Shown here in pieces: positions 40,246-53,927 of a DNA stretch of 64,000 nt (position 1 is its first letter; the number at the start of each line of letters is the position of its first letter). A program made the position numbers and the translations under genes. The notes under the pieces are model-generated. The model was given only the letters and a program-made list of their open reading frames with translations, did no database searches and had not been told where the DNA came from. Location of the stretch: positions 53,816,001 to 53,880,000 of the forward strand of contig OZ365110.1 of the NCBI GenBank assembly GCA_977030845.1, read 5' to 3'. This stretch comes from Fimbriosthenelais zetlandica (taxonomy: Eukaryota).

Positions 40246-42475
40246 GGCCTACATTCTCTTGAACACTCCCCCTTCTGGTACACGCCCCCCCTCCCTCCCC
40301 ACCCACTCCCACCCCCACGTGTCCTGCCCATGAAAATAGACACCCCGATCATGTAACTTCCTCACTCAAGTGGCTGCAGTCAGTAAAGAACATTTAGTTA
40401 ACTCATGTCTTGTAACATGCGCTCCGCCATCCATCACCCGCTCTGAATACCCAACTGGAAAAAGGAAGGGCGTAGGAGCATGCCAATAGTTGATGGCTCC
40501 CGCCGATACTCATACAGCCCCAGATTGTAGATAACCACTGCAAAAAGCCGCCATCTTTCCATATCTATATGGATCTGAAAGGAAGCTGACATGCCAATGG
40601 CGCTCGGCCCGAGTGGAAGCTGAAAATCTGGCCAATCAGCCCGCCAAATGGATGGGGATGAATGTGGCGGGAAGGAATAAATAAGAAAGTAGAATGGTGG
40701 GCAGATAGGGGTAATTGGCGACCTATGGCTGGGTGGGTTCAGCCTCAAAGGTGAATATTTCTCATCCTTCACGTTAACAGCCACCACTAAGCTGGCCTTC
40801 GCCCTGTTTTGATTTCTTTTTACCTGACTAATCTTAATTGGAATTTTCATCATCAGCTCCATACCTTGATCAGCCATCAATCACTCACAATTGGGTTCTG
40901 ACAAAAATGGTTATTTTTGGAAAGGTTTTTTTGTATTCAGACAATTTCCCTTTTGTTGTCTTTTGTCATCTAAGTTTTTTTTGGTATGAACCCTGAACCC
41001 AACCTGTGTTCCAAAGTCATGAAACAACGAATCAGCCAGATTATGTTAACTCGGCCTGGAATATATTGAACAGACCTTAATGCTAGGTGTCAGCCGGTCT
41101 TTAATCATTCTTCTAATGAAATCTCCTTTAGAAAGTTGTATCGTCACTTTGATTGGAATCTTGAAGCATTTTTTCACCAAAAGGATTTGATTGGGGACAT
41201 TTTGAAAACGTTAGAAACATTAAAATAAAGAAAAATACCTGAATCGCAAAGACTATAAGCTGAGGAAGATTGCGTGCGTTATACGTAATGTATCAGTATC
41301 ATTAGTAAGTAATTATGTAACATTGGATGGAAGTACATCTATAGACGTCATTAATGGTGACCTTTGACCCGCGGAGTGATATCTCCCGGAGGAATTAGGT
41401 ACGCGATGTCTACAGGCATTCCTAGCGCATCCCGCGTCACGCTCCTTTCTACCATAGACGTGAAAGACATTTTAGTAATAATTTATGTTATGTTTTAGTT
41501 TTAAAACTAAACTTTCATTATTGATCTATTATGACAGGCCCCTTTCTAGACCCCGGGAATCTCTGGAAATGTCCAGTTTTCCAGTACTTGAACATTCTGG
41601 CAAACCAGTCAAAAATTACTTTTAACACCACTATATATATACATAATTATATACTGACTAAAACAACCGCCTCACTATCTGACCACTAAATGTTCTGAAC
41701 CAAAGGTTTAGCCACTAATAATACATACTTGTAGGTCTACTCAGTAAATTGACCATCCTGCTGGCTATACGGCCATTTGGTTATGTCCCAAGGTGGTCAC
41801 ATTAGTAATGGGCAGCTACACTAGATTTTTCCGGATCTACCGCAAGTGCAGATAGAGTATCTATCCCCCTGTCCCAGCATGCAGGGAGGCCCTGTGGGGC
41901 CATGCTGGGGCCGATCATAATAGGCAAATGTAACTGCACTGACAAGGGCTTGCTGTTTCCGAGGGTTGCCTATTGGTCTCTAATTGGTGTGGCAGATATG
42001 GCCGTTGTATCTGTCAAAAAACTGCAACACTCGCAAGGCAAAGAACCCCAGTGTTCTGCATTCCATCGCCCATGATGAAGGGTGGATTAGTTATTTTGTG
42101 AGATGGGGTTGAGTGGGGCAGGCAGCAAGTCTAGCGTGGTAGTAGTAGTAGTGGATGAGTTTGGTGCCACACCTGGTGAACCTGCCCCAGGTGAATCATT
42201 CCACCTGTGTCTACCTATAAAATAGCATATCACCAGCCCCACCACCAGATACCATCCTATAGTGTACCACATCCTTCACCACCCAGCCTTAGTGGAGCCT
42301 CACTTAACCACCACCTCATTATGGCTTGCGTTGCACAACAATGCTTTAGCCTATGGTTGTACAATTTTGGAGTATGAAAGTGCTGTACAAGAAAATCTTC
42401 AATGGCGAGGATTGCCTTCACCGACCCTCGCCGTTGACGAGGTTCCTTGTACAACATGGGGCATACCAACCAATC

Positions 42476-42692
42476 TTAAGCCGGGACTACACTGCTGCGA
42501 TTTTGCTTGCGACACGTCTGCGACAAAGGTGATGCTTGTGAAGTTGTGTAAGAATACAATTTATAAATTGTGGTTCAAGTGTCTAAGGCCTTAAGGCCGT
42601 CCTCCAATGGTAAATTTATCATTGAAACACAAGCATCACCTTTGTCGCAGACGTGTCGCAAGCAAAATCGCAGCAGTGGAGAACAGGCTTAA
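42476..42692. mobile_element. TTAA-ended fold-back (palindromic) MITE-like element
   Basis: Begins TTAAGCC and ends GGCTTAA. Perfect 51-bp inverted repeat at 42490-42540 and 42628-42678, with an internal ggccttaaggcc junction. Confidence 0.85.
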
Positions 42693-45290
42693 CTGCATAA
42701 CCAATAGATGGTCAGAACCAAATGCTTTAACACCAGTAACACTGAAGGGACAATCTGACCACTATATGGCAGAAACATATATGCTTCATTATAAATAAGA
42801 CATACCCACTAAAACAACCATCACACTCTGTGATTTACTCTAAAATTTACTCAGAACCAAAGGATGAAACATTACTAAGATATACATGTACATGTATGGC
42901 CGACCCACTAAGACAAACCCACCTGATATGAATATCAAAATTCCCTTCAATATTACACAGGGCCACCCTAGAATAGGGGTAAGTATAGGATGATTTTTTT
43001 TCCACCTGGTATGTTGCCACCAAATGATCAGAACCATCCTATTATATGACCACAATTCGTTTGGTCCCAAGGGTTGTTGTATTAGTGAGACATTCCCTCT
43101 GAGAAACTTTCGTTTGAATATCAGCCATGAAATATTCTGATGATTGCCTTTTTCTGCTTCAAGTGGAATCGTGATTTCAGGAGAAAAAATGTGATTTTCA
43201 TGGGGAGAATGTCTGTGTTCTGGTCAGTGGTTAATGCCTTAATGGTGAACCTCTAAAGTTCATGGTCACTTCATCTGATTAGTGGTCAGTGGGCTTTAGG
43301 TAGGAAGGTCAGCTAGGGCTTCACGTCCACCGGTCAAGATGATGGTAGAAGTTTATATGATTTTTCTATACACATATTAAATATAACATATTATTTTAGT
43401 AGCACTGTTTGTGATAATTTAATTTTTATCTTAGTATAGCTGATGGTTTAAAAACCTACTTCAGCTGTACAAACTGTATGGGTAATCCAAATAAAGTAAA
43501 TCTGGGCCATCATCTTGGGCTTAGTGTTACAGATATAATATTATGTGTATGGTAAGCTTCCAATGTGAATGACGACTGGAATGCCTGTTTCTGCAGACAA
43601 ACTACTCCTGTAGACAATCACTGCTGCAGAGAAACTGCTCCTGCAGACAAGCTCCAGCTCCGACAATCTGCACCGCAAGGTTGCTTTCGTAACAAATCTC
43701 GATTCAGGATACAAGTTTAATTTAGGAAAGGCCTTTGTTGGCCGGAATGCACAGTTTTTGTTCATAGCGTATTAATGAAGTCTTTTTCTTTGGCGACCTT
43801 TTTAATTTTGCTCTCTCCCAATACCCAATTGTTTAATAATGATTTTCAGAGTAAAAACTGTCTTATTTCTCCCACGGTCACTGATGTATTAGGTTGTGTG
43901 ATGTTTAAATCATTTCCAGTCAGGACAAGTTTCTTCATTTCCTTCCGAACAACACACAGCAGAGTGTTTGCACACCGGAAGTCAGTCAGTCAAAGGAACA
44001 GGAGAAGAAGTGATGGGCTTAAGGCCCGTCTCCACTCAGCCATTTTCTCAGAGTACATCAGTTGGCCTGGCCAGTCATTGCGCATTTAGTCTCGCCATTG
44101 GCGATGTACATTGGTAGCAATCTGAGACATTACGATCAGATTCCACTAGAGCAATCTGCAACACCATATTACATTGCCAGATAGGCATAAAGCATAATAA
44201 TAACGTTGCTCACGCTTTACATTGTGAGAAAGTCAATCGCATTACCCAGGATCCTACTCAACCCCATCTTGGGCTACAATTTGCTTATGATTATCCAGGT
44301 GGTCCACGAGAGAACCTTGATGGCATTATCTTAAGACCCTTTAGCTTAGCACTTGACTTAAAGAAAATACACACAAAAAAGAAACAAAAACGGCTCAGTG
44401 GCTTAAGGAAGGATTAACTCCTAAGCCCTTCATCATGCAGCTTGAAGATTTGAAACTCCAAAATTGCGAGCATTTTTCCAATTAAAGTCCAATTAAAAAC
44501 CAACTTTGCACTCTCAGTCCGTCCTTATGCAGCCCTTATACAGAGCTTTGACGATCTATGTATATATATAATGTAACAATGCAGTGCCACGCTGGTTCCA
44601 CCCTGTGGTCGTACATTGCAAGCAGCCCGGAAATTACTACTGGGTTCAACATGAGCCATGTTTACGACTATTCGCCATGCTTCCTCCCGCACTCAATCAC
44701 TATATCAAGACTTTAAGGTCACTAGAACTTTGATAATTGGCAAAGTATTACCAGCCCGGCATAGGGCACAGTGTATTGTTCTACTCTGAGATGCGTATAT
44801 CGACGCGTCTTGATTAAATAGATCTGAACATGCAATCCATGGGGAAAATGACATCAGTTGTGTTACCGATCTATAGGGGGTCACCCAGGCCAGGCGAAAA
44901 AGAGGGGTAAGACAAAGGGAGCCGAGACAATTGCAGGGCCACAAGGGCAGGAGATGGACGATGTTTGTCTCCCAAGAAGAATTTTATTTTCTTCGCAGCT
45001 CAGACTGAAGGTGTATCATGTTTTGTTCGTGGAAAGATAAGAAGGATTTCCCCCCTTTCAGAAGAGCAGCTTTGGTATCTTACGCCCCATATCTACTGGG
45101 CCGTTCTCATACATTGGGCCGATGAGTCGGCCTGGACATTGGGCTAAATTCAGGCAAAGGCTTTGGGTTCTAGGAAGACCAGCCTTCTTTTCAAAATATA
45201 ACGAACTTGGCTCCAAGTATCTCTGTGAGGGTCTTGGTGTACGAAATGATATACTTGAGTAAGAAGGGTTCATGTAAAAATGATGCTTGT

Positions 45291-45518
45291 GTGTAAACAC
45301 AGTACTCCACTGATGCGATTTTACTTGCGACACTGCTGACAGTGCTGTGACAAAGGTGATGCTTGTGTCGCAAGGAAAAATGTTCCAGTGGAGGACGGCC
45401 TAAAGGCGGGACTCCACTTCTGCGATTGTGCTTGCGACACTATTGCGACAAAGGTGATGCTTGTGTCGCAGTGATGTCGCATGTAAAATCGCAGTGCTCA
45501 GTGGAGGACAGGCTTTAA
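45291..45518. mobile_element. Tandem (head-to-tail) pair of TTAA fold-back family monomers
   Basis: Two copies of ccact.ctgcgatt..cttgcgacact...acaaaggtgatgcttgtgtcgca...cagtggaggac.ggc, joined at ggcctaaaggc. Confidence 0.8.
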
Positions 45519-48399
45519 AGTTGTGGACACTTCAACCATAATATTGTCGTGACACAAGGATCACCTTGGTCGGAGCAAAAGTCGGGGCAGTGGAGTACCG
45601 GCTTTAGGGCTAGCTGATGAAGAATCGTTGTATCATTCTCTCCGCCTTAACAACTCCCCGATCCGCACACAGCTCATGGAAGGAGTGCGCTCATATGTGC
45701 GACACTCTTTTCAACACACTGCATTCCGTTTGACCAGCATTTTGTTGCTGGTCAGGGGAGCACCCCCATGTGGCTTTATAGATAATCCCCCGCGCACTTA
45801 AGTGCGCTCACTGATGCTGTGGGGAGCTCACTTCTTGATTAGTAACAAATTACTTAAATTGATAATTCAAATGAACCGAAAAACATACATAAATAGAAAA
45901 GAGACATTATGAAACCGATATATCGATTTTGGAAAGAAGAAAACGTTACTATATTAGTCTGACTTCAATCAGTCCCACATGCATGATGTTGTTCGTCCCT
46001 GCATCATGAGTTTGTTCACCCCAGCCGCATATTGTTGCTGCTCCTGTGCGCATGTGTTTCCGCACACATGCTGAGTACATGATTTCGTAAAGCTTCCTTT
46101 TGTTTCGCCCCCACCCACCTCCTGCTCCTCGGACTAATTATAGTTAGCCTCATATCGCTACCCACAGTGCATTGCAGTTTTTAAACTTCACTTCTCTAAC
46201 GGCTGTGTTGGAGTTTGGACATGGAGTACATGGATCTGAATTCTTCAGGTAAGTAATTCTATATTTAATATCCCTTTAGAAAGTCCAATTCCTTCCAACA
46301 TACAATTCCCATCCTTTTCTTCCTAAGTAATGCTGTATTACACCACCACTTCACATTTATGAAAGTTTATAAGGGCTATAATCTGTGAAATATTGCGAGT
46401 GTTGCGAGTGCACATTCCACCCCGCTACTATGGGTGTATGAGGACCGTCCTCTCAGAATAGATTGTGACTATTACATGTACTAAACACTAGCACTTTACC
46501 ATATCTTTGCATTGATTTAATCTGGAATCTAAATTTCTTGTACTGTCAACTTCATCATGTACATTTTAAATGGAACAGGTATGATGCGGGATGAAATAGG
46601 AGGAGACGAGACTAGAATGATTCTACCATGCCGGCGTGGGACATAGGCCTATACTCAACTTTACTTAGCGTGAGATATTTGGTAAGCCTTACATGAACAT
46701 GTACATCATATACTATACTTACTTATATTGCAGCTCTATTTCATTTATCATAAAGCTTTTTATAAATTTGTTACACTAAATGATTCTTTTGTTGATATAT
46801 TTAACTCCAGTTGGTAACATTAAGATGGATAGGTGGGCCTAATGAATGGGGTGGCTGGAACATGACAAAATCATTTTCTCCATGTAGCCTACATAAATAT
46901 GTGCATGATAGGCTTGTGTTATTATACTTAAAGCACTCGTATATACGGTTTCCAAGTTGTATCAAATATAATTTAGTTCAGACATAGCTAGTCCATCTGC
47001 ATAATGCAAAATTAATTGTGCAATGAAGTAAAAGCTAAGTTACTATTGTGTTTTAGGCGTGAAAGCCTGTAAGAGGTTTCACTTGGGTCACACCTGTCAT
47101 GATACATCCAACGCTGCAACACCTTCCCCGAGAGTGTGGACCCAAAAAGTCTGAGTGTGAGGTGAGGATATTTCGGCCTTAATAATATACATGATATCAT
47201 GCCAATTTTGAGTTGTTTTTTTTTGTAAAATAAATATACATGTAACATAGTATATGATATTGTATTGAATCTTGTTATAGGAGTTATGACTTGATCTATC
47301 CATCCCGATAAGTGTTAAAATATTGCTTTATGATTTCAGCGCTAACCAATCCCTCTCTGCAGTCACCACACAAACCAAACTGGTTGGGCAACAATTGAGC
47401 ACACACCATGCTAGATATTATATCATCATCACCATAATATAATTTATATAATTGTGTAACAATCTTGGGTCTAAACAGCCATAATTGTACTTCTGATAAA
47501 AAAGTTTCCAGCTAAAATGTTTCCTAACCCAAATCTGATAATTACATCGACCCTGCATGTAGCTTAATGTATAAAATCCTTAGGCATTTAGGAACCGCAT
47601 ATTATTTAATTATTACGGTAGTACATACATACATACATGCCATTAATATTCCAAATATCTATGATATTTTTATGCATTATCAACCATCATTGAGAACCGA
47701 CCATACTACATAATTATTACATTCATTGTCACCATTCTATAATTCCAAAATGCTAAAGTTAAAGAAATTAACAATATGGTTTGCTATGTACGGTATGTTC
47801 TACAGTAAAGTAACTGGTCAGTGACCAACCCAGCATGTCTATTATAATAGTTGGTCGCATATGTGCCACTAGTGGCGCCTTGTAGTTATGTCATGGGAAG
47901 GGAAACAAAGGGAGGCTTTGTTTAGCGTCGGTGGGGAGAGGGGTGTCTGAGACTGACCCATGGCGAGTCGGCTTTCTTGGGATGCGGGATTGGTCTTAAA
48001 TGATAATTATGCTTGAATGTGAAAAATATATGTGACAAATAATTATCATACGTCACTTATATCTACCGACGCATATTATGCTAGATATTAATAATGATTA
48101 ATAGAGATGATAATATGTAAGCGCGACAATATATTCCCTAGAGCTTTATAATTGACAAGAAACATTTGTATGAACTCTGTATTTTGATGTCTATGTTTGG
48201 TGTGGTTTCATTGTGATTGTAAAATCTGTCTCTCATGAAATTGTAAATAAAAGTGAAATGCAATTGAATCCTTGCCTTATATTTATATATAAATGAAAGG
48301 AATAATTCTGGTTAATAATTTATGATTAAGCATAATAAAGCATAAAGAGCATTAATTAACAATGGGGTGTACGTTCCTGTACCCCCACCCCCGCGTCTA

Positions 48400-48720
48400 T
48401 ATTACATAACAGTCTGTGTTGTGATTGGTCAGTGAAGATTAGCCACTGTCCAATCACATGCTATTAGGCGGCCGCGCTCAAGAGCGCGCTCATTTGCGGC
48501 ACTGGTGCGCGTCAGACATCAAAGGGGATGGGGGAAAGGTGTGAGGTGTGATGTTAGGCCCACCGCGCTACGAGCGCGGAGTGTGTAGAAACATGGACGC
48601 GCTTTTTTCAGTGCGGCTTGAGCGCGCACATGTTGCTGCAAAACGTGTTGACAAGTCGCTGGTGAGGGAAGTTTCAATTCGCGCAAAATGTTGTGTTTAC
48701 CAATCGGCAAAGTGAAACGT
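48400..48720. promoter_or_regulatory. CpG-rich, palindrome-rich island with inverted CCAAT boxes
   Basis: Stem 48420-48434 / 48444-48458 (14/15) containing ATTGG and CCAAT; NotI site at 48468; GC hairpins at 48473-48488 and 48563-48579. Confidence 0.35.
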
Positions 48721-51700
48721 ATGTGTCGATCGGGTCAAGCAACATTCAACAACCTGACAACAGGTTTGTGATAAGAGGGGGAAGGCAGGCTTTATTAGTG
48801 GGTAATCCATCGCTGAGGTCACCTGGTGTTAGCAGTTGACAATCAATACCCTGTATTAAACCCTTTCCCACCCCATACACTGTCTACCAATTCACCCCCT
48901 CAGCCTAATTGGGTCCTACCCCAGCCTATCAGCTTCACTCCCTTCTTGCCACGCCCTAACTAGATTGCAGCCATTGATTGGAGGGGAGAAGGGTGAACTG
49001 CGCATGCTCGAGGTCGTTAGGGATGGGTCTGGATGGGTTTATCCCTCACCAGGCCCTGTCCCTAGGGTACATTTAGCGGGAGAAAACTTGACTCTCTCAA
49101 CTAAAAGCTAGATTGTATTGGGCTTGTAGGAAACAGTAAATGGTCGCTAGTCAACAGATGGTGGTCTGCATCAGGTATACATTACCTTTTATGACAAACA
49201 ATTGGTGCGAGGGAGAAATGTATTATCTGTAATTATGACGAATATGGTTGGGACTAGAGATACACTAAATCTGACATTATGTTGTAAACAACTTCATTGA
49301 AGCTTCGATCCAGAGGCTAGAATCTATAAGCTGAGTTCAGCTCTCAGGTCTGTCTGTCTCAGCCTACCTGATGAAATTCACTGGTCTATCAGAAGTATAC
49401 CAAAGTGTACCAAAAAATCTACTGTAGAGTCGAATCTCTAATCTCCAATGCGACCGCATTCGGTCCTGAGCATTTAGTGGTCACATAGTGGGATTTTCGA
49501 TTTCGTGAGGTGGTCGTTATGAGAAATATTTTGATTCTTGTAGTCATCAAAATGGCTGAGTCGTAAATATAGATGACCTGGTATTCACCACGAGCTGTCC
49601 TTCACTGACCTGATTTACGAAACATCAAGAAAGAAAATGTGTTTTGTTGAATGATATGTGATCATGGCAGGTATGATAATTGTATACACACTACTACTGA
49701 AACAGGTAGAAAGATTAAGATAACAGGTGGAAATTGTTGGAGAAAGTTTGTTCATAAACCACGCTTGAAAATCCATATGGTGTAATGCACCATCTAAAAG
49801 GTCTCAAAGGTGCAACCTTTTAGATTGATGCATTGATGAGTTAGGTGTGGTACTCTATGCTCTTTGAAATATAATGATCCTTCAGCATTAGTTTATTATA
49901 GATTTCATCATTTTGTTCAAACAGGATTTTTTTCTATATACACATACTCAACACTGCTTAGGCTTCCCTATGTCTATGAGTTCACACATCATGAGCTATA
50001 GGTGTCAGAAATCTGAGCAGTTTTCCTGGTGTAAATTAGTTTATATGTCAGTTGGTCTGTCAATATACGTAGTAGACAAGTCACTGGCTTGTATCAAGAC
50101 AAAGACCAAATTGCATAGGTTTTAGCAACAGTCTTAGCAAGTTTTTTCTGGTTTTAAATATATTGTGAAACATCCATTTTATTGTTGGTGAAATACATGT
50201 GCAATACTGCTAATACCATACTGAAGCGAAATACAAAAAGTGAAATGATTTACCTTTTATGCTGTGCAGTAATATTGAGGGAAGATGGAGGTGGCCTACA
50301 AGGCTGTACTGGGCCAGAATAGCTCTTAATACTGGCTCTGAATCCGCCTGCCTTGCATTAAGTGCTCAAAGTAAACAGTTAATGGGGGATCTTCCCCAGT
50401 CATCCATACCATTATCCAGCTCCTTTCAGCCCTGGAAAGCTCTAGAGTTTCTGGAAGAGACATCTCTGATCGAATTGGCTCGGTGCAGGCTTGGGATTGG
50501 TTCCAGGACAGTGAGAGAGGCAGGCTTGAAAGAAAGCTCCAGTCTGGGCATTAATGGCTGCAGACATGGGTCTCAGACCAAGTGGGGTGTCACATCACAA
50601 CGAATTTTTCTACGCCTTTTTCTTTTTCTTTTCATTCCCCATCTTGATGAGGAGAGCTGGTTGAACCCTAGTTCTGCCACTCTTGATGACAGCATTGGTA
50701 CCATGCGCATGCCCACCTCGACACGCCCTTACGCAAATATCAGTTTATTGTACAACGATGTTGTTACCTATGGTTGTACAACACCCTGTCTGAGACTCTC
50801 ACTACCTTGTACTATACCACATTCAGTGTGGTGAAGGCCGAGCGAGAGGTCGCCAAACCTATCAACGGTGGTCCACCTAAATAATGGGCACAATACAAGA
50901 TCAATAAAGTGATGATAGACAATTGATCTGCACACTGTGCAGCAAGGACAGTTAACTTTGAATCCTTTAATCAAATGGTTTCTGCAATCACATATGATAA
51001 TTCTAAAAATACTAAAGATGCAAAGATGCATTGTGTGAATTGCCTTTGGTCTGGATTCTCATCTAAACGTACCTTTAGTATGTCTGTGGCAGGGAGCATA
51101 GTATAGTAACCTACATAGTGCCACGACCCCAACTGACACTTATACACATATCGCATGTCTGACGACCATAGGTCAACCCCCCAGGCCCCTACCGAAGAAA
51201 AAGACTAGCCACCCTGCAGTACAATGAATACTATCGATCGAAAGCGATTGAATAAATGACTAATTGAACACTGAAGTATTCAATACTCCACTTGGTCAGT
51301 CATCCAATTTGTGGCCCACTTTTTATGAGTCCACTTCCCTGACTCTAGCCATTCTGTTTAGAACCTTGGCGTACATATCCATTTAGAAGTGTTCATAAAA
51401 TAAATCTGGATTGTATATAACTGACTCGAGGGTATTTAAAATAGTTTGCATGGCCTTCTATGCGTATCGATGAAATCACTCAACAGCGATTGAAATTCAC
51501 AAGCATATTACTCTGACCCGGACTTGTTGTCAAATAAAGCGACAGAAATATCTAGGTATGGCATTTTGTATAACATGCGCTGATTTTTGTCATAGAGAGC
51601 TCCAAATGAACAGCATTAATAACCTATATACCAGGTACATGCATTTGTCTCGTTGCCGTTGGATTAGATGAAAAGCTAGAAAGGCTTGGATGGATCCATG

Positions 51701-51963
51701 AAGCACTAGTGGCTGGTAAATGCTTCACACAAAGTGTATAAAAGATGCCCCATGTATGCTGTCTGGATAAAAGTATTTTACTGGCACGTTTGCATGGGCG
51801 AACATATTAAAACACTGTGGGTACCTGCCATTCATCCAACAGAGCAATAACATCCTCCACTGCAGCGCTCTAAGGCATAGACCCACTACTGTAACTCGGA
51901 CGTTTTGCTTTGTTGCTGTCTCTTTTACAGCTCCACTATCATATGTGATGAGCTTTGATGCAC

Positions 51964-52130
51964 TTAAGGATAATCTATGTCAGTTTGACGTAGATTTGCT
52001 TTGTTTGACCCGTATTCTAGGTTGGGCATTGGCTGGGAGGTGCTTAGGGCTGCCTAAGAGTGAGCATTGGAGCAGAGTTGAACTAAAATAATAACTACAT
52101 GAAAAATTCAGCAATATAAAGCCACTTTAA
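51964..52130 (-). mobile_element. Kolobok-like family copy, reverse orientation
   Basis: aatctatgtcagtttgacgtagatt...ctaggttgggcattggctgggag...aaagccactttaa is the reverse complement of the family core and 5' terminus. Confidence 0.65.
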
Positions 52131-53719
52131 TATATTCTACTTTAATGATACTTCTTTTTATAATGTATAACTTTATTTTGGAACCTGACTATTGAATATG
52201 TGGGTTGGAGTCTAAAATCCCTAGTTAGGTATGAATGGAATTAACCTATCACAAAAATGAAAGTAGATCTAGGCCTTTTTGTTAGAACTTTACTATCCCA
52301 GGGTCATTGCTGTAAACGTGGGGAATTGTGCTGACACAACCACGCCCACTACCCCTCTGTATATCACACAGTCAACCGGCGACCTTTGCCCACACCCAGC
52401 CTCCACATGGGGCCTACTGCCTCCGCTGTCGACCAGAACTGATGTCACATTGTGCCTTTTCATGATAGGATGAACACAAACTGGGCATTTCTGGCACAGC
52501 ACTACATCACTGCTCGATATTCTGTGGCATGCTGTCCGGTGAATTTTTTTGTCGGGCAGAATGGAAAAGAACCTTTGCTTGTTATTATTGTCTGAATGCC
52601 TAATGTTATCGGGCCGTCTCTGTCGTATACTATTGTTGTTCTCCTGTCCCTAACCATTCCTCAGCCAGACACAACCTTTTGTTTCTTCTCCGTCCCTTTC
52701 TATTCTATCACTCGTCAATCCAGGCCTTCTCAGTTCAGCCTGCAGTTCAAAACCATGCACCCATGTACATAATCTGTGCATCGATTCGCACCGTCCAGTG
52801 TCATTATATATGAGCTTTTATATTGCATATTTGCCCAGAATAGAAACATTCTGCAGTTTCCTGAGTCGGGGACTGGCATTATACAGTACCATTTAGATGT
52901 CAATGCAGTATTCTTAAGGGATGCACCCACTATTACAATAGACAACCCAGTTAAGATAGGTTATTTAAGATAGACGAAACACATAAGATGTTACTGAAAT
53001 CCACATACAAAGGAATTAAATGTCGTCAAATGTATTCCGATTGGACAGATTTTTCCCACAAAACGAACTTTAGGTGTTTTCTTTTTCCCTATCGCATAAC
53101 CGAGCTTAAATGCTCTCTTGGTGGTCTGTCGTGATAGTGGGTGCCAGGCTTTAGGAGTGGAGCAAGGAGAACGTGGGGAGGAGGACATCAGCACTGAGAT
53201 GGCTGTGGGATGCTGGGACTATCTAGAGCTGTTAGCACTGTGCAACAAGCATGAATGGCACAGTCAGTTATAGGTCAGTGTGGAGCTACTCTCACAGGAC
53301 CAGAACAGGTAAAGGCTTCTCTATGGGAGGCCAGACGGCGTCTCTATGGGAGGCCAGACGTCTGATAACAATCCTGTCAACCTGTGTGTCTGACTGGACC
53401 ATTTAAATACTGCTGCCCCATCCCATTCACTGTCCCGACACCTGATGTTCTTCTGTGCAGATCGATCATCTCAATTTACTTTCATTAAAAAAAAATTGAG
53501 TAATTATTGCATTGAAGTGGAGACCCGTCTCTGTAGTCATGTCGTCAATATTAATTTACCTTCATTTAAACCCTTGTTGAATGTATATGACTGGTTAAAT
53601 AGTAATTCATTTAACTTATATTTCACCTGGACATATGGAAGCATATGGAAAAGTCAGTGATACCTGTGCAGGTCACACATACAGAGCTCTATCAACTATC
53701 ATGTACATTTGTGCATATC

Positions 53720-53927
53720 TAAGGCCAGTACTCCACTGCTGCGATTTTGCTTGGGACACTACTGCGACAAAGGTGACGCTTGTGTTACACTAAAATGTAT
53801 CAATTGTGATTGTGGTGACCAAGGCCTTGTGGCCATCCTCAAGTGGATTTTTTTCATTACAACGCAAGCATCACCTTTGTCGCAGTTGCGTCGCAAGCAA
53901 AATCGCAGCAATGGAGTACACGTTTAA
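53720..53927. mobile_element. Second inverted-dimer copy of the TTAA fold-back family
   Basis: taaggccagtactccactgctgcgattttgctt...gcgacaaaggtga, then gcatcacctttgtcgc...aagcaaaatcgcagcaatggagtac; same layout as 42476-42692. Confidence 0.8.

Noticed and set aside
50259-50834. 191-aa plus-strand ORF, the longest non-repetitive ORF outside Kv2
   Set aside because: No recognisable motif in it or in the three reverse frames I translated by hand. It may be a decayed TE; a BLASTx is needed before making any claim.
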